Virus record (IMG/VR): IMGVR_UViG_3300008267_000006
Location: 32,001 to 96,000 of that record
Direction: 5' to 3' (one strand)
DNA from: a virus
Length of the DNA: 64,000 nucleotides
Positions 1 through 8,953 of the stretch are shown here, in pieces. Numbering within the stretch: position 1 is the first letter of the stretch; each line of letters starts with the position of its first letter. Below the pieces are notes generated by a model. The model had not been told where the DNA came from and did not search any database. It saw nothing but the letters and a program-made list of their open reading frames with translations. The position numbers and the translations under genes are program-made.

Positions 1-14
1 ACACCTAAACTCAT
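1..14 (-). CDS. 5' end of a gene running off the left edge (MSLG...)
   Basis: ATG at 14-12 preceded by an AAGGA SD (plus-strand tcctt 21-25) and a promoter at 51-79. Confidence 0.5.
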
Positions 15-32
15 ATTTAATCCTTGTTAAAT

Positions 33-67
33 AAAACTCCCACTCTGGTTAGAGTACCAGAGTGGGA
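33..67 (-). terminator. Intrinsic terminator
   Basis: Perfect 12-bp stem tcccactctggt (38-49)/accagagtggga (56-67), followed by a U-tract on the minus strand. Confidence 0.75.
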
Positions 68-79
68 TAAATCTGTCAA
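51..79 (-). promoter_or_regulatory. Sigma70-type promoter embedded in the terminator
   Basis: TTGACA (79-74)-N17-TACTCT (56-51), with TGG before the -10. Confidence 0.65.
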
Positions 80-97
80 GAGGCTTATATTTTGGAA

Positions 98-265
98 TTA
101 TTTACTAGCTTTTTTTTCTTTTATTTTTGATTTTATTTTTTGTACTTTTTCTCTTGTTTTTTTCTTACTAAACTCTTCTGCTATTTTTTTAGATTCATAG
201 CGATTATACAGATATAAACCAGCTATAGCAACAATTGAACTAATAGCTAACAAAAATATTTTCAT
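98..265 (-). CDS. Small membrane-anchored basic protein, 55 aa (MKIFLLAISSIVAIAGLYLYNRYESKK...), not in the ORF track
   Basis: Manual translation; GGAG SD; N-terminal hydrophobic helix and Lys-rich tail; late-type motif at 288-297. Confidence 0.65.
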   Translation of the reverse strand: MKIFLLAISSIVAIAGLYLYNRYESKKIAEEFSKKKTREKVQKIKSKIKEKKASK

Positions 266-328
266 TATTTTATCTCCATTAAAATATTATAAATAGTTAT
301 AAAATAATTTTTTTGTTATTATGTAATA

Positions 329-625
329 TTAGGCATTGTTTACTTTTTGTAGCAGTGAGCCGTTAAATATACCAAGTTGTGCCATCAAACTAATATATTT
401 CTCTTGAAATGCATTCATCTCTTCTGATGTCTTTCCTTCTTTTTGCACCATCTCAAAAGATCTATAAATCATAGATTCCATAACTGATGCAATTAGATAT
501 TTTTCTGAATTGGTGGTCGCTTCTTGAAACATACCTGTTTCTTCCCATTTCTTGATTAGACCATTATTGTCTAGATACTCTTGAACTTTTTCTTCTGTCA
601 TTTGTTCTTGTACTTCATTATCCAT
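329..625 (-). CDS. Hypothetical protein resembling the major capsid protein N-terminal propeptide
   Basis: LIKKWEETGMFQE aligns ungapped with MCP LVSKWEKSGLLEG; overlaps the recA stop. Confidence 0.6.
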   Translation of the reverse strand: MDNEVQEQMTEEKVQEYLDNNGLIKKWEETGMFQEATTNSEKYLIASVMESMIYRSFEMVQKEGKTSEEMNAFQEKYISLMAQLGIFNGSLLQKVNNA

Positions 626-1772
626 TTTGTTCTCCCGGGACCATTTGGTCCTCTAGTAATTCACCTTCTAAATTGTAGTAATTTTTTGCATCGCCTTGTC
701 GTGTATCAAATTTAACAATTACTTCTTCTTCCATTAATTTAAGGACTGCTTTCTTAAATTCTTCTTCTTTCATTAGTTCATTCCAACTTGGACTTTGGAA
801 TTTTCTTGGTTTTCCAGCCACATCAATTTCGTACCAAGCTCCCATTTGTTTTATAAATGGTTTAATTGAAAGAAAAATACTTTCTTCATCCATAATACCA
901 ACTTCTGGTGCTCCCCAAAGAATCTTAAAGAAACATTCACGACCTTGAGTTCCAAATCGTGATTTTTCTAGGCGTGCTTTAACTTCTGAGCCAATTCTAT
1001 ATCCACGTTCATCATTTATATAGCTATCATTTTTTCTAACACCAGTCAACCAAATGCGTAGACTATAAGAATATGCAAGTGCTTTTCCGCCTGGAGTTGT
1101 GTATCTTTCTGAATCTGTTAGATACTTGATATTACCTTGTGGGTTAAGGTTTGTTTTAAGTTGGTTTAGGACCAGTAAGGTTGCTTGCTTATTTGCAATA
1201 GGTTGAATTAGCTTTGATAAACCTTTTGATAAAATTCTTGGCTTTACTGCCATAGAAGAGTTTGGATCAAAATCTCCCTCAAGATCATTTTTACTTGGCG
1301 TTAAGGCAACCGAATCCCAAACAAACAAAAACTTATCATCCGTACTCTTTAATAGATCTTCAATAGTTTCAAGAACAAACTCTACGGAGTCAGCTTGAAG
1401 ATAAAGCAAATTTTGTACATCACATCCAGCTTTTTGTAGGAAGTCTGGATCTATGGCACTTTCACTGTCAAAATAAACAACTGATATGCCCATTTTTTGG
1501 GCATTAGCAGCTATTTGCGCTGCCATATAGCTTTTTCCGCTTGCTGTTTCGCCAGCAAGTTCACAAATTTTACCAACAGGAATACCAGCTAGTTTTCCTC
1601 TACAAATAATAGAATCAAGCCAGCGAGAACCAGTAGGAATCCATTCAGTTACTTCTGTTGGATTTGTTTCTTCAAGATCAAAAGCAACTTCTCTTCCTGC
1701 TTTTTTATTAATCAATGCTCTCATGTCGGAGATAGATATTTTTCCAACAGGTGCTACATTTTTTTTAGCCAT
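618..1772 (-). CDS. recA: RecA/UvsX-like recombinase
   Basis: IPTGS, Walker A GETASGKS, YFDSE, FVWDSVA, NQLK, TPGGKAL, GAWY motifs. Confidence 0.95.
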   Translation of the reverse strand: MAKKNVAPVGKISISDMRALINKKAGREVAFDLEETNPTEVTEWIPTGSRWLDSIICRGKLAGIPVGKICELAGETASGKSYMAAQIAANAQKMGISVVYFDSESAIDPDFLQKAGCDVQNLLYLQADSVEFVLETIEDLLKSTDDKFLFVWDSVALTPSKNDLEGDFDPNSSMAVKPRILSKGLSKLIQPIANKQATLLVLNQLKTNLNPQGNIKYLTDSERYTTPGGKALAYSYSLRIWLTGVRKNDSYINDERGYRIGSEVKARLEKSRFGTQGRECFFKILWGAPEVGIMDEESIFLSIKPFIKQMGAWYEIDVAGKPRKFQSPSWNELMKEEEFKKAVLKLMEEEVIVKFDTRQGDAKNYYNLEGELLEDQMVPGEQNG

Positions 1773-1784
1773 TATTACTCCTAT

Positions 1785-1824
1785 AAAAAACTGGAAACAA
1801 GCAATGTTCAGCTTGTTTCCAGTT
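1785..1824 (-). terminator. Intrinsic terminator between ssb and recA
   Basis: 14-bp stem aactggaaacaagc/gcttgtttccagtt ending in U6, immediately upstream of the recA SD. Confidence 0.8.
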
Positions 1825-1850
1825 ATACTATACTGGTGTCTAGTTGTTAA
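1822..1850 (-). promoter_or_regulatory. Sigma70-type promoter for recA overlapping the terminator stem
   Basis: TTAACA (1850-1845)-N17-TATAAC (1827-1822). Confidence 0.55.
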
Positions 1851-2629
1851 GAGTCAAGTCCAAGTTCTGCAAACGCATCATCTACTGGATTTGATTTCTT
1901 TGAAGATTTCTCTGCTGGTTTTGCACCAAACTTAACAGTCTCTTCTGAGACTGTCTCTACTTCTTCATCCGTATGATCACCAGCTAGGTATTCGTCTAGA
2001 ATAGACATAACTTCTTGACTGGTCTTGCGTGTATGAACCGTGTTTAGATCTGGTACAGAATCCATGATTTCTTTGCATTGCTGTTCGGAATCACATAGTT
2101 TTGTACTTTTAACGCGTGGGGTGATCTTTGGAACAGCATAAGTTTGACCTTTAGCTTTATTTGCCACAATAGTTAGATCACGACCACCAGAGGCATCAGT
2201 AATATCTTCGTAATCTGGGTTTAGCACATAACCAATTAGATCTTGGTATGCGTTCTTTCCATACCCCCAAACTTTTGCTCCTTCGCCTTCTTCTCCACGA
2301 ACAACAATTGCAGAAAAGAAGCGTTGGCGTGGATTAAACTTTTTAGCCATTTTGGCGCTTTCTTCAGTTTTTTCCTTGTAAAGCTTGCTAGCAAAATCAC
2401 AAGCCGCGCATTGCTCACCAAAGTTCTTCTTTGGGCAAAGGAATCCGCCTTGCTTACTTAGTTCATAGTGAAACCAAAATTCCTTAAATGGATCACCATC
2501 TGGTGATGGTAGAACACGGATATTATGGGTAATTCCCTCTTTAGGACTCCAGAATACAGTAGCCTTCTTAGAAGTTTTCTCAGTTAGAGCTTTTAGTTTT
2601 GCTTGCATTTTTGATACGTCGATAGCCAT
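1847..2629 (-). CDS. Single-stranded DNA-binding protein, T4 gp32-like
   Basis: FW-P, IRVLP, PF...HY, CPKKNFGEQCAAC zinc site, KVWGYG, DITD...GRDLT, acidic tail ending DDAFAEL. Confidence 0.9.
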   Translation of the reverse strand: MAIDVSKMQAKLKALTEKTSKKATVFWSPKEGITHNIRVLPSPDGDPFKEFWFHYELSKQGGFLCPKKNFGEQCAACDFASKLYKEKTEESAKMAKKFNPRQRFFSAIVVRGEEGEGAKVWGYGKNAYQDLIGYVLNPDYEDITDASGGRDLTIVANKAKGQTYAVPKITPRVKSTKLCDSEQQCKEIMDSVPDLNTVHTRKTSQEVMSILDEYLAGDHTDEEVETVSEETVKFGAKPAEKSSKKSNPVDDAFAELGLDS

Positions 2630-2643
2630 TTTATTTTCTCCTT

Positions 2644-2703
2644 GTTGAACGAGAGCCGCTCGTCAACTGTTGTTAGACTTCTACCACGGTGTGTAGCAGA
2701 AGT
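2644..2703 (-). promoter_or_regulatory. Two-hairpin 5' leader of the SSB mRNA
   Basis: 11-bp stem with two G-U pairs (2677-2703) and a bulged 9-bp stem (2644-2667) abutting the AAGGAG SD. Confidence 0.55.
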
Positions 2704-2714
2704 AAAGTGCAAAA

Positions 2715-3539
2715 TTATTCCTGAACTACTTTTGTGTGTGCGACAACATAACAATAATTGTGTTCAGATGTTGTGCCAAATATTTTATACGATACTTTTG
2801 TATTAGAGTTAAGTTTTTCTTTCATTTTTTCTTTTATAGTTTTAAAAATCTTGCCATCTGTTTTTAAGATATTTTCATTTATTACAAAATAATAACACTT
2901 ATCGTCTATATGATTAAAGTCGTAGAACATCTTTTCTGAGTCTTCGTTTATTTCATAAATACCATAAGTAATAATTCTACTAACATCTTTTGGAGGAGTT
3001 GAGTTATCTATTATTGGTTTTTTATTTTTTAAAAAGTCTATGCTTGTATACGTAGAATAAATTAATTTATTTAATGTTTCATAATAACTTAATATTGGAA
3101 TATCGCCAACAATATTTTCTAAATTTTCATTAGAAATAATACAAACATCCTTAAAGACACCTGACCGAGCATATTGCTGAAAAACATTAAATGTGAGCCT
3201 ATCTTGCATTTCTGCAATATTGCTTAATAAGTCTTTTTCTGGTCTTATGTATAATATGGAAATTTGTGTATCTCTATAGTGTTGTAGAATTTTTAAACTT
3301 GCTCCACTTATTTTACCAGATCCACCAATGATAAAAAGAGTTTCTTTTTCGTCACTATATAAGAAGCTTGATAAGTCAGGTAGCTTATTTTCATAATCTT
3401 CTGGGTTAGAATAAACTGGTAGTGAATAGCAATTTTCTCCCTCAATATTGCTATCAATTAGTTTTACTTTACAGTTTTCAACGCCTTCAAACATTTCCGC
3501 TATATTACAACCAGCAGATCCTAACCCAATTATATTCAT
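2715..3539 (-). CDS. Divergent tubulin/FtsZ-family (PhuZ/TubZ-like) protein
   Basis: IIGLGSAGCNIA (T1 loop), LIDS, IIGGSGKISGAS (degenerate GGGTGSG), YIRP, IISNE, LNKLI. Confidence 0.75.
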   Translation of the reverse strand: MNIIGLGSAGCNIAEMFEGVENCKVKLIDSNIEGENCYSLPVYSNPEDYENKLPDLSSFLYSDEKETLFIIGGSGKISGASLKILQHYRDTQISILYIRPEKDLLSNIAEMQDRLTFNVFQQYARSGVFKDVCIISNENLENIVGDIPILSYYETLNKLIYSTYTSIDFLKNKKPIIDNSTPPKDVSRIITYGIYEINEDSEKMFYDFNHIDDKCYYFVINENILKTDGKIFKTIKEKMKEKLNSNTKVSYKIFGTTSEHNYCYVVAHTKVVQE

Positions 3540-3540
3540 A

Positions 3541-4749
3541 TCATACCTTTAGTTTCAATTTTTTCATATTACCAAAATCTTTTCCAGCTTTTACATTAAC
3601 TAAAAATTTACCATATTGTGTATCTTGAAGAATATTAATTATATCTATAATATCTTTTTTTTCACTATCTTTTACATCAAGCACAAACTCATCATGTAAC
3701 AAAAATGATACAAAAGAATTTTTATTTTTTAAATATTCTTTCACTTTTAACACTTGTCTATGAAAAAGATCAATAAAAGTACTTTGATTTAAATGAGAAA
3801 TTGCATTATGTGAATCGCTTTCTATCTTTCTATGGAAAGGAGTATATACGTACTGTCCATCCCAATATTTGTTTAATAGTTTTTCTTTCTCAAATAATTT
3901 ATTTAATTCATTTTTATATAGCAGAGCTTTTGGATTATTTGAATTATACAGCCAAGAAGTAACTATTGCCTTTGTTTCGCTTCTCGACAACGAAGAAGAA
4001 AAAACATCACGCCTTATTTTTTCATGCAAATCTTCATCCGCTTGCAAATTTCCATTTAAAGCAAGAGATGTTCTCAACTCTGCTGCATTCATATCGAACG
4101 ATACAAACCAATCATTTGTTGGTTTTAGCATGTCTCTAAAAACTCTAGGAAACGTCTGTATTGGAAAACTATTTTTTTCTGTTGTAAGTCTGCCAGTAAC
4201 TGATCCGAACATATTATAATCAATACTCTTTTTAAGTTTTAAAAGTTTTCTATAGTATTCTAAAGCTCTTGGTTCACCAAATTTAAGCTTTAAACGTTCC
4301 ATATCTAGATTTAATTCTTGTTCGCTTATATCTCCCAGCAACTCAATAAAGTTTTTATAAAAGTCATATTCTTTTGGTTTTTCAAAATTTTGGAAAACAT
4401 GTTCCGAGATTTTGTTTTTTAAATCATAATATCTACAAAGAAAAGTTTGTGGTGTTAAATCAAAAAAACAATTTTCTTCAAGAGAAACTTTTGATTCAAT
4501 GAAAGACGAAACAAAAGCTTTCATTTTTTTATTAATATGACTCCAATCACTCTTTAAATAATCAGGACAAACTTCTTCTAATGATTTTCCATTACAGTAA
4601 ATCTCTGCATATTCAATATTTTTATCTTTTAAGTGGGCTGAATAAGACCATGTTTTTGTTAAATTAACTGGTATATTCGCAAAATAGAGCTTTCCATCTG
4701 CAAAGATACCAGCGCAATCTTTTTTGGAATCTAATGTCTGGAATAGCAT
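3541..4749 (-). CDS. Compact family-A DNA polymerase (polymerase domain only)
   Basis: TGRLTT, motif A FDMNAAELR, motif B RSETKAIVTSWLY, QST..D, motif C LHDEFVLD; no recognisable exonuclease motifs. Confidence 0.85.
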   Translation of the reverse strand: MLFQTLDSKKDCAGIFADGKLYFANIPVNLTKTWSYSAHLKDKNIEYAEIYCNGKSLEEVCPDYLKSDWSHINKKMKAFVSSFIESKVSLEENCFFDLTPQTFLCRYYDLKNKISEHVFQNFEKPKEYDFYKNFIELLGDISEQELNLDMERLKLKFGEPRALEYYRKLLKLKKSIDYNMFGSVTGRLTTEKNSFPIQTFPRVFRDMLKPTNDWFVSFDMNAAELRTSLALNGNLQADEDLHEKIRRDVFSSSLSRSETKAIVTSWLYNSNNPKALLYKNELNKLFEKEKLLNKYWDGQYVYTPFHRKIESDSHNAISHLNQSTFIDLFHRQVLKVKEYLKNKNSFVSFLLHDEFVLDVKDSEKKDIIDIINILQDTQYGKFLVNVKAGKDFGNMKKLKLKV

Positions 4750-6096
4750 TTAGCCTCTAAAAATTAGTGAATTGGTTGGCTTGATAAGATTTTCTTGTTG
4801 CTCTAGTGGTAGCTCATCAAACACCGCAGTCTGTTGTACAGCGGCCATATTTGTTTGTAAAGCATCAATTTGTTTGTTAATTAAAAAGTGATTAAATAAT
4901 TCATTTAAATATTTTAATAACAGATCTTTTCTATTCATTGCAAAATAAGATAAAACTCTTTTAATTAAAACATCATAATTTACTTGCGATAAGTTATAGC
5001 CAGTTTCAAAATTTTTTAAATAGATATATAAAGAATACCAAAATGGCTCTTTAAATTTGGATAAAAAAACTTCTAACGTGGGACTTTCTCTTGTTTTATA
5101 TTTTTGTTGTCGTGCGTCAGATATGCACATATTATGTACATGATCTTGGTATAGTGTATTATTTTCTAAAAATGTTTTGTAGCTAATAAAGAAAAATTTT
5201 TTTAACTCTTCAATATCTTCTACATAAACTTTTTTATATTTTTTATTAAATAAATCCTTAACGTCTTTAATATCATTTTTTTGAAAAACTGGCTTCATCG
5301 CTGGAGAACCAAGATCTGCAAAAATGAACTGTGGGTTGGTTTTATCTATTGCAAATCCAAATTTCATACAAGCGTCACAGAAAGTCAAGAATGAATTATC
5401 TAGAAATATTTTCTCAAAATTCTTCTCGTCGTCACCTGTTTTTTCTGTGGATATCGAAAATGTTAATCCATTAAGAAAATATTTAGAATTTAAAAATAAA
5501 GCCATTGAAGATTTTGTTACTGGTGAGAAATCTATATTTCTAACAAGATAATAAATATAATTTTCAATAAATGTTTTTTCATCAATTATTTTAGAATCAA
5601 GTTCTTTATTATTTAAAGCAAGTTTTTTAAATTTTTGTGCTGTATTTTCTGCAAAATATCCATAAAATGTATCAAGACCGACAAATCCAGACGTTATATC
5701 AACATTATAGAAGAAAGAATTTTTATTAATCTTATTTTTAAACTCTAGATCTTTTAAATAAGACTTCATATTTTTAAAAGAATCAGCAACAAATTTTTGA
5801 ATTTTTATATTATATCCTTTTCTATCTTTTTTTATTGTAGTAAAATTATCAGAATTCTCTATTGGACAAACAATATCTCCATCAATATCTATGATTCCAT
5901 ATAAATAATTTTTTCCCTTTAAATCTCCAAAAGGAATTTTGTATGTTTGAAAATCTGGGAAAGGTATATTTAAAAATTCGTTTCTTATAACATAATCTAT
6001 TGTTTGCTGTTGATAAAATTTTCTAGCCTCAAAGATAGATAATGAAGACTCGTTGCTATTTTTACTATAATAAGGATAAAAAAGTTTACTGCTCAT
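4750..6096 (-). CDS. Hypothetical protein, 448 aa
   Basis: Long ORF abutting both neighbours (TAAATG junction with the polymerase); motif-like FGFAIDKTNPQFIFADLGSPAM. Confidence 0.8.
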   Translation of the reverse strand: MSSKLFYPYYSKNSNESSLSIFEARKFYQQQTIDYVIRNEFLNIPFPDFQTYKIPFGDLKGKNYLYGIIDIDGDIVCPIENSDNFTTIKKDRKGYNIKIQKFVADSFKNMKSYLKDLEFKNKINKNSFFYNVDITSGFVGLDTFYGYFAENTAQKFKKLALNNKELDSKIIDEKTFIENYIYYLVRNIDFSPVTKSSMALFLNSKYFLNGLTFSISTEKTGDDEKNFEKIFLDNSFLTFCDACMKFGFAIDKTNPQFIFADLGSPAMKPVFQKNDIKDVKDLFNKKYKKVYVEDIEELKKFFFISYKTFLENNTLYQDHVHNMCISDARQQKYKTRESPTLEVFLSKFKEPFWYSLYIYLKNFETGYNLSQVNYDVLIKRVLSYFAMNRKDLLLKYLNELFNHFLINKQIDALQTNMAAVQQTAVFDELPLEQQENLIKPTNSLIFRG

Positions 6097-6098
6097 TG

Positions 6099-8609
6099 TT
6101 ATTTACCTTTACTTCCGTCGTTTCGAATTAATTCTTTATTTTCATCTACGTACGCATATAATACAGCGGAAAGAGATGTATCATATGTATTTTCATTAAA
6201 TTTAGTATATACATCTATAATTTGATAATATCCACCAAGTCCTAATTTTAACTGTAGATTAACAGCAGTATCTCCAGTAAAAAATAATGGCTCTATATAT
6301 ATGTAATCGCCTGGTCTATATATATTATTTCCAAACATAGATATATCTGCGTCGTATACTTCTCTTAATCTTAAGAGGCTTTGGTTTCCATTAGAACCTT
6401 GAGCTTTCGCTTCTTTATAAAAAGGAGTATCTGTTTTTTTAAATGTAATTTTTTTTATTAATCCCCTATCTGATCCTATACAAAAATGATAAATACCATC
6501 TTCTTTATCTTTTTCTATATTTCCTCCGTTATCAGATATTAAATTAGGTAATTGATTAGAGCAATAAAATATACAATAGTTTCCAAAAGGCTCTGTATCT
6601 GAAATAGATTTTGCTGATGCCAGTTTATCCGTTAATTTTTCTATTGTGCCACCAAAATTTTCTGTAATATTTTTTTCAGTAAATGCATCTTTTTCTGTTT
6701 GAAATGGAACAGAAACTGTCGTAGAAGACATTCTTATTTTTTTATTTAAAACAGATTTTGCTCCAAATACAGATGGAGATAAAGCTGGTCCGACAACATC
6801 TGATAGAATATCATACATAAAAGCTAATAATGGATATGTATCTTTTCTTGGTTTTACTATTTTTTCAATAAAAAAATTATGCAACATATCAACTGTGATC
6901 GGTATGTCAGCTAAGTTCATAGAAACTCTTTCAAACTGAACATTATCTTGATTTTTTGGATCAATACTGTTTGGAATTTCAATATCAAAAGGAGTTAAAA
7001 TTAATCTTGGTCTATCTATTGGATTTAAAACTTCTTTTTTTATTACACTAGAAAAAATATCAAAAATATCTCCAAGAAACACAAATTTTATTAAATAACC
7101 ACCTGCTGCTGATACAGCTTCAGTTCTTACATTTTCAGCTGCCGCTTCAGCCGCTGCATTTTTTGCTTTATCTGCTTGGTTACCTCCACCAACTCCTATA
7201 GCATTTTTAAGTGAGTCATAAGTACTGCGTTCCTTATCTGTTTGTGTCGCAGTATCAAGTGCTGATTTTGAAGGTGTATCAACTTTATATTTTTCAAGTT
7301 TTTTGGCTTTTAAAATTGCATCTAACCTTTTTTTGTGATCTGACGAGTCATCCGTACTGATTTCACCATCACCGTTTAATCCTATTGCTTCACCAGTGAC
7401 TATAGCACTATAAATTTTTCTTCCATTATTATCTAAGCCAATAAGTTGTCTCCACACCTCAGAATATAGTCTATTTCTTGCATTCTCTATAATTACCTGA
7501 TTTGGATCTTCATTATATTTTTTATCAAGTTCATCTTTAAGTTTTTGTTTTTCTTCATTATTTTTACTTGAGTCATCTTCAATTTCTTTTTTTTTATTTT
7601 TCAACTCTTCTTGTTTATCTTCTTGAGTTTTTTTTAATTTTTCTAGATCATTTTTGATTGCATCGCTTGCTATAGACAAAATATCTAAAGAAGCTAGTAT
7701 GGAAGCAGTTGATGCAATATATTTTATATTTATAGTTACTGCTCCGCTTTCTTCAAATGTTATATCATGATTATGTGGAGTCAAATAAAAAATTACTTTT
7801 GAAGTTGATATAGCTTCAATTATATCGTCAGCTTCTTCATCAGAAAAATTTCCTACATTTTTAATAAATTCTTTTTCAATTTTAGAATAACCTGCAATAA
7901 TTTTTATTCTAAAATATTCTTTATTCCAATTTCCATCTTTATCTTTTCTGGTTGAATCAGCAACTAAATCCGCATAAGAAAAATTAAATTTAGAACCAGC
8001 GTTCCCTTCAAAATTAGTATCATTTTCTGCAACGTTTATTTCTTTGACTAAATCTCTAACATCTTGAAAATATAATGATAGATCAGCCGAAATATTTGTA
8101 TTAACTTCTGCTGGGTTTGTGCCTTCATATTTATATGAAAAAGATTTTATTCCAACAGCGTGCATCCTTCCAGTACCAGCTATCAGTTCATCTAAAGAAC
8201 TGTTTACAAATTGAGAAGTTTTTGTATAATTTGATTCAAATTTAAAATTAGAATCATCAAAAGGTATTCTCCATTGGATTCCCTTTGATTCTTTGGTTGG
8301 AAATATAACTTTGTATATTTTAATTGATGGTTGAAGAATGCTTAAAATACTACTTGGAAGCTTATTTGAAAGATATTCAATATTATCATTTCTAAATAAA
8401 GCTTTAGTTAACGCTATATGACCACCAGATGCACTATCTTTTATATTAGTTGTTGTTCTAAAAATAGCAAAATTTTGATATGTTTTTACATTTCTAGCCT
8501 CTTTTTCTGGTTCTGGTTGTTTTGTAAGTAATTCTTGGATATTTAACATTAGCGCGGCTTGCTCGCCTAATCTAAGTTTACTTGCTTTTATATCTTTATC
8601 TTCAGCCAT
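6099..8609 (-). CDS. Putative baseplate hub-like protein (gp27/late control D-like)
   Basis: Position after tape measure/LysM genes; C-terminal MFGNNIYRPGDYIYI...LGGYYQIIDV typical of hub proteins. Confidence 0.6.
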   Translation of the reverse strand: MAEDKDIKASKLRLGEQAALMLNIQELLTKQPEPEKEARNVKTYQNFAIFRTTTNIKDSASGGHIALTKALFRNDNIEYLSNKLPSSILSILQPSIKIYKVIFPTKESKGIQWRIPFDDSNFKFESNYTKTSQFVNSSLDELIAGTGRMHAVGIKSFSYKYEGTNPAEVNTNISADLSLYFQDVRDLVKEINVAENDTNFEGNAGSKFNFSYADLVADSTRKDKDGNWNKEYFRIKIIAGYSKIEKEFIKNVGNFSDEEADDIIEAISTSKVIFYLTPHNHDITFEESGAVTINIKYIASTASILASLDILSIASDAIKNDLEKLKKTQEDKQEELKNKKKEIEDDSSKNNEEKQKLKDELDKKYNEDPNQVIIENARNRLYSEVWRQLIGLDNNGRKIYSAIVTGEAIGLNGDGEISTDDSSDHKKRLDAILKAKKLEKYKVDTPSKSALDTATQTDKERSTYDSLKNAIGVGGGNQADKAKNAAAEAAAENVRTEAVSAAGGYLIKFVFLGDIFDIFSSVIKKEVLNPIDRPRLILTPFDIEIPNSIDPKNQDNVQFERVSMNLADIPITVDMLHNFFIEKIVKPRKDTYPLLAFMYDILSDVVGPALSPSVFGAKSVLNKKIRMSSTTVSVPFQTEKDAFTEKNITENFGGTIEKLTDKLASAKSISDTEPFGNYCIFYCSNQLPNLISDNGGNIEKDKEDGIYHFCIGSDRGLIKKITFKKTDTPFYKEAKAQGSNGNQSLLRLREVYDADISMFGNNIYRPGDYIYIEPLFFTGDTAVNLQLKLGLGGYYQIIDVYTKFNENTYDTSLSAVLYAYVDENKELIRNDGSKGK

Positions 8610-8614
8610 AATTT

Positions 8615-8953
8615 CTAGCCTTTCGTTGTATTAAGAAATTGTTGTATGTTTTTTGGTATTAAAATAACTTCTCCAAGACTTACATGAGATTCTGTTGGTT
8701 TATTATTAAATTTTGCTATTATCCACCAATCCCTAACATCACCATAATATTTTTGTGCTAGCTTATAGAATCTATCACCAAGAGTCCAAACGTGTTCATC
8801 ATAATCTATATTTTCCATCTGTTCACCGGTTGGATATTTAAAATATGGAGTCGAATAATAATCTATATGTTTAAGATTTTTTTCTTTCAAAATGTATTCA
8901 TATAAACTTGAATTTAATTTATATACTGATCTATAGTCATACCTATTTATCAT
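8615..8953 (-). CDS. LysM-like baseplate protein (gp53/tail X-like)
   Basis: HVWTLGDRFYKLAQKYYGD...WWIIAKFN...GEVILIP. Confidence 0.85.
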   Translation of the reverse strand: MINRYDYRSVYKLNSSLYEYILKEKNLKHIDYYSTPYFKYPTGEQMENIDYDEHVWTLGDRFYKLAQKYYGDVRDWWIIAKFNNKPTESHVSLGEVILIPKNIQQFLNTTKG

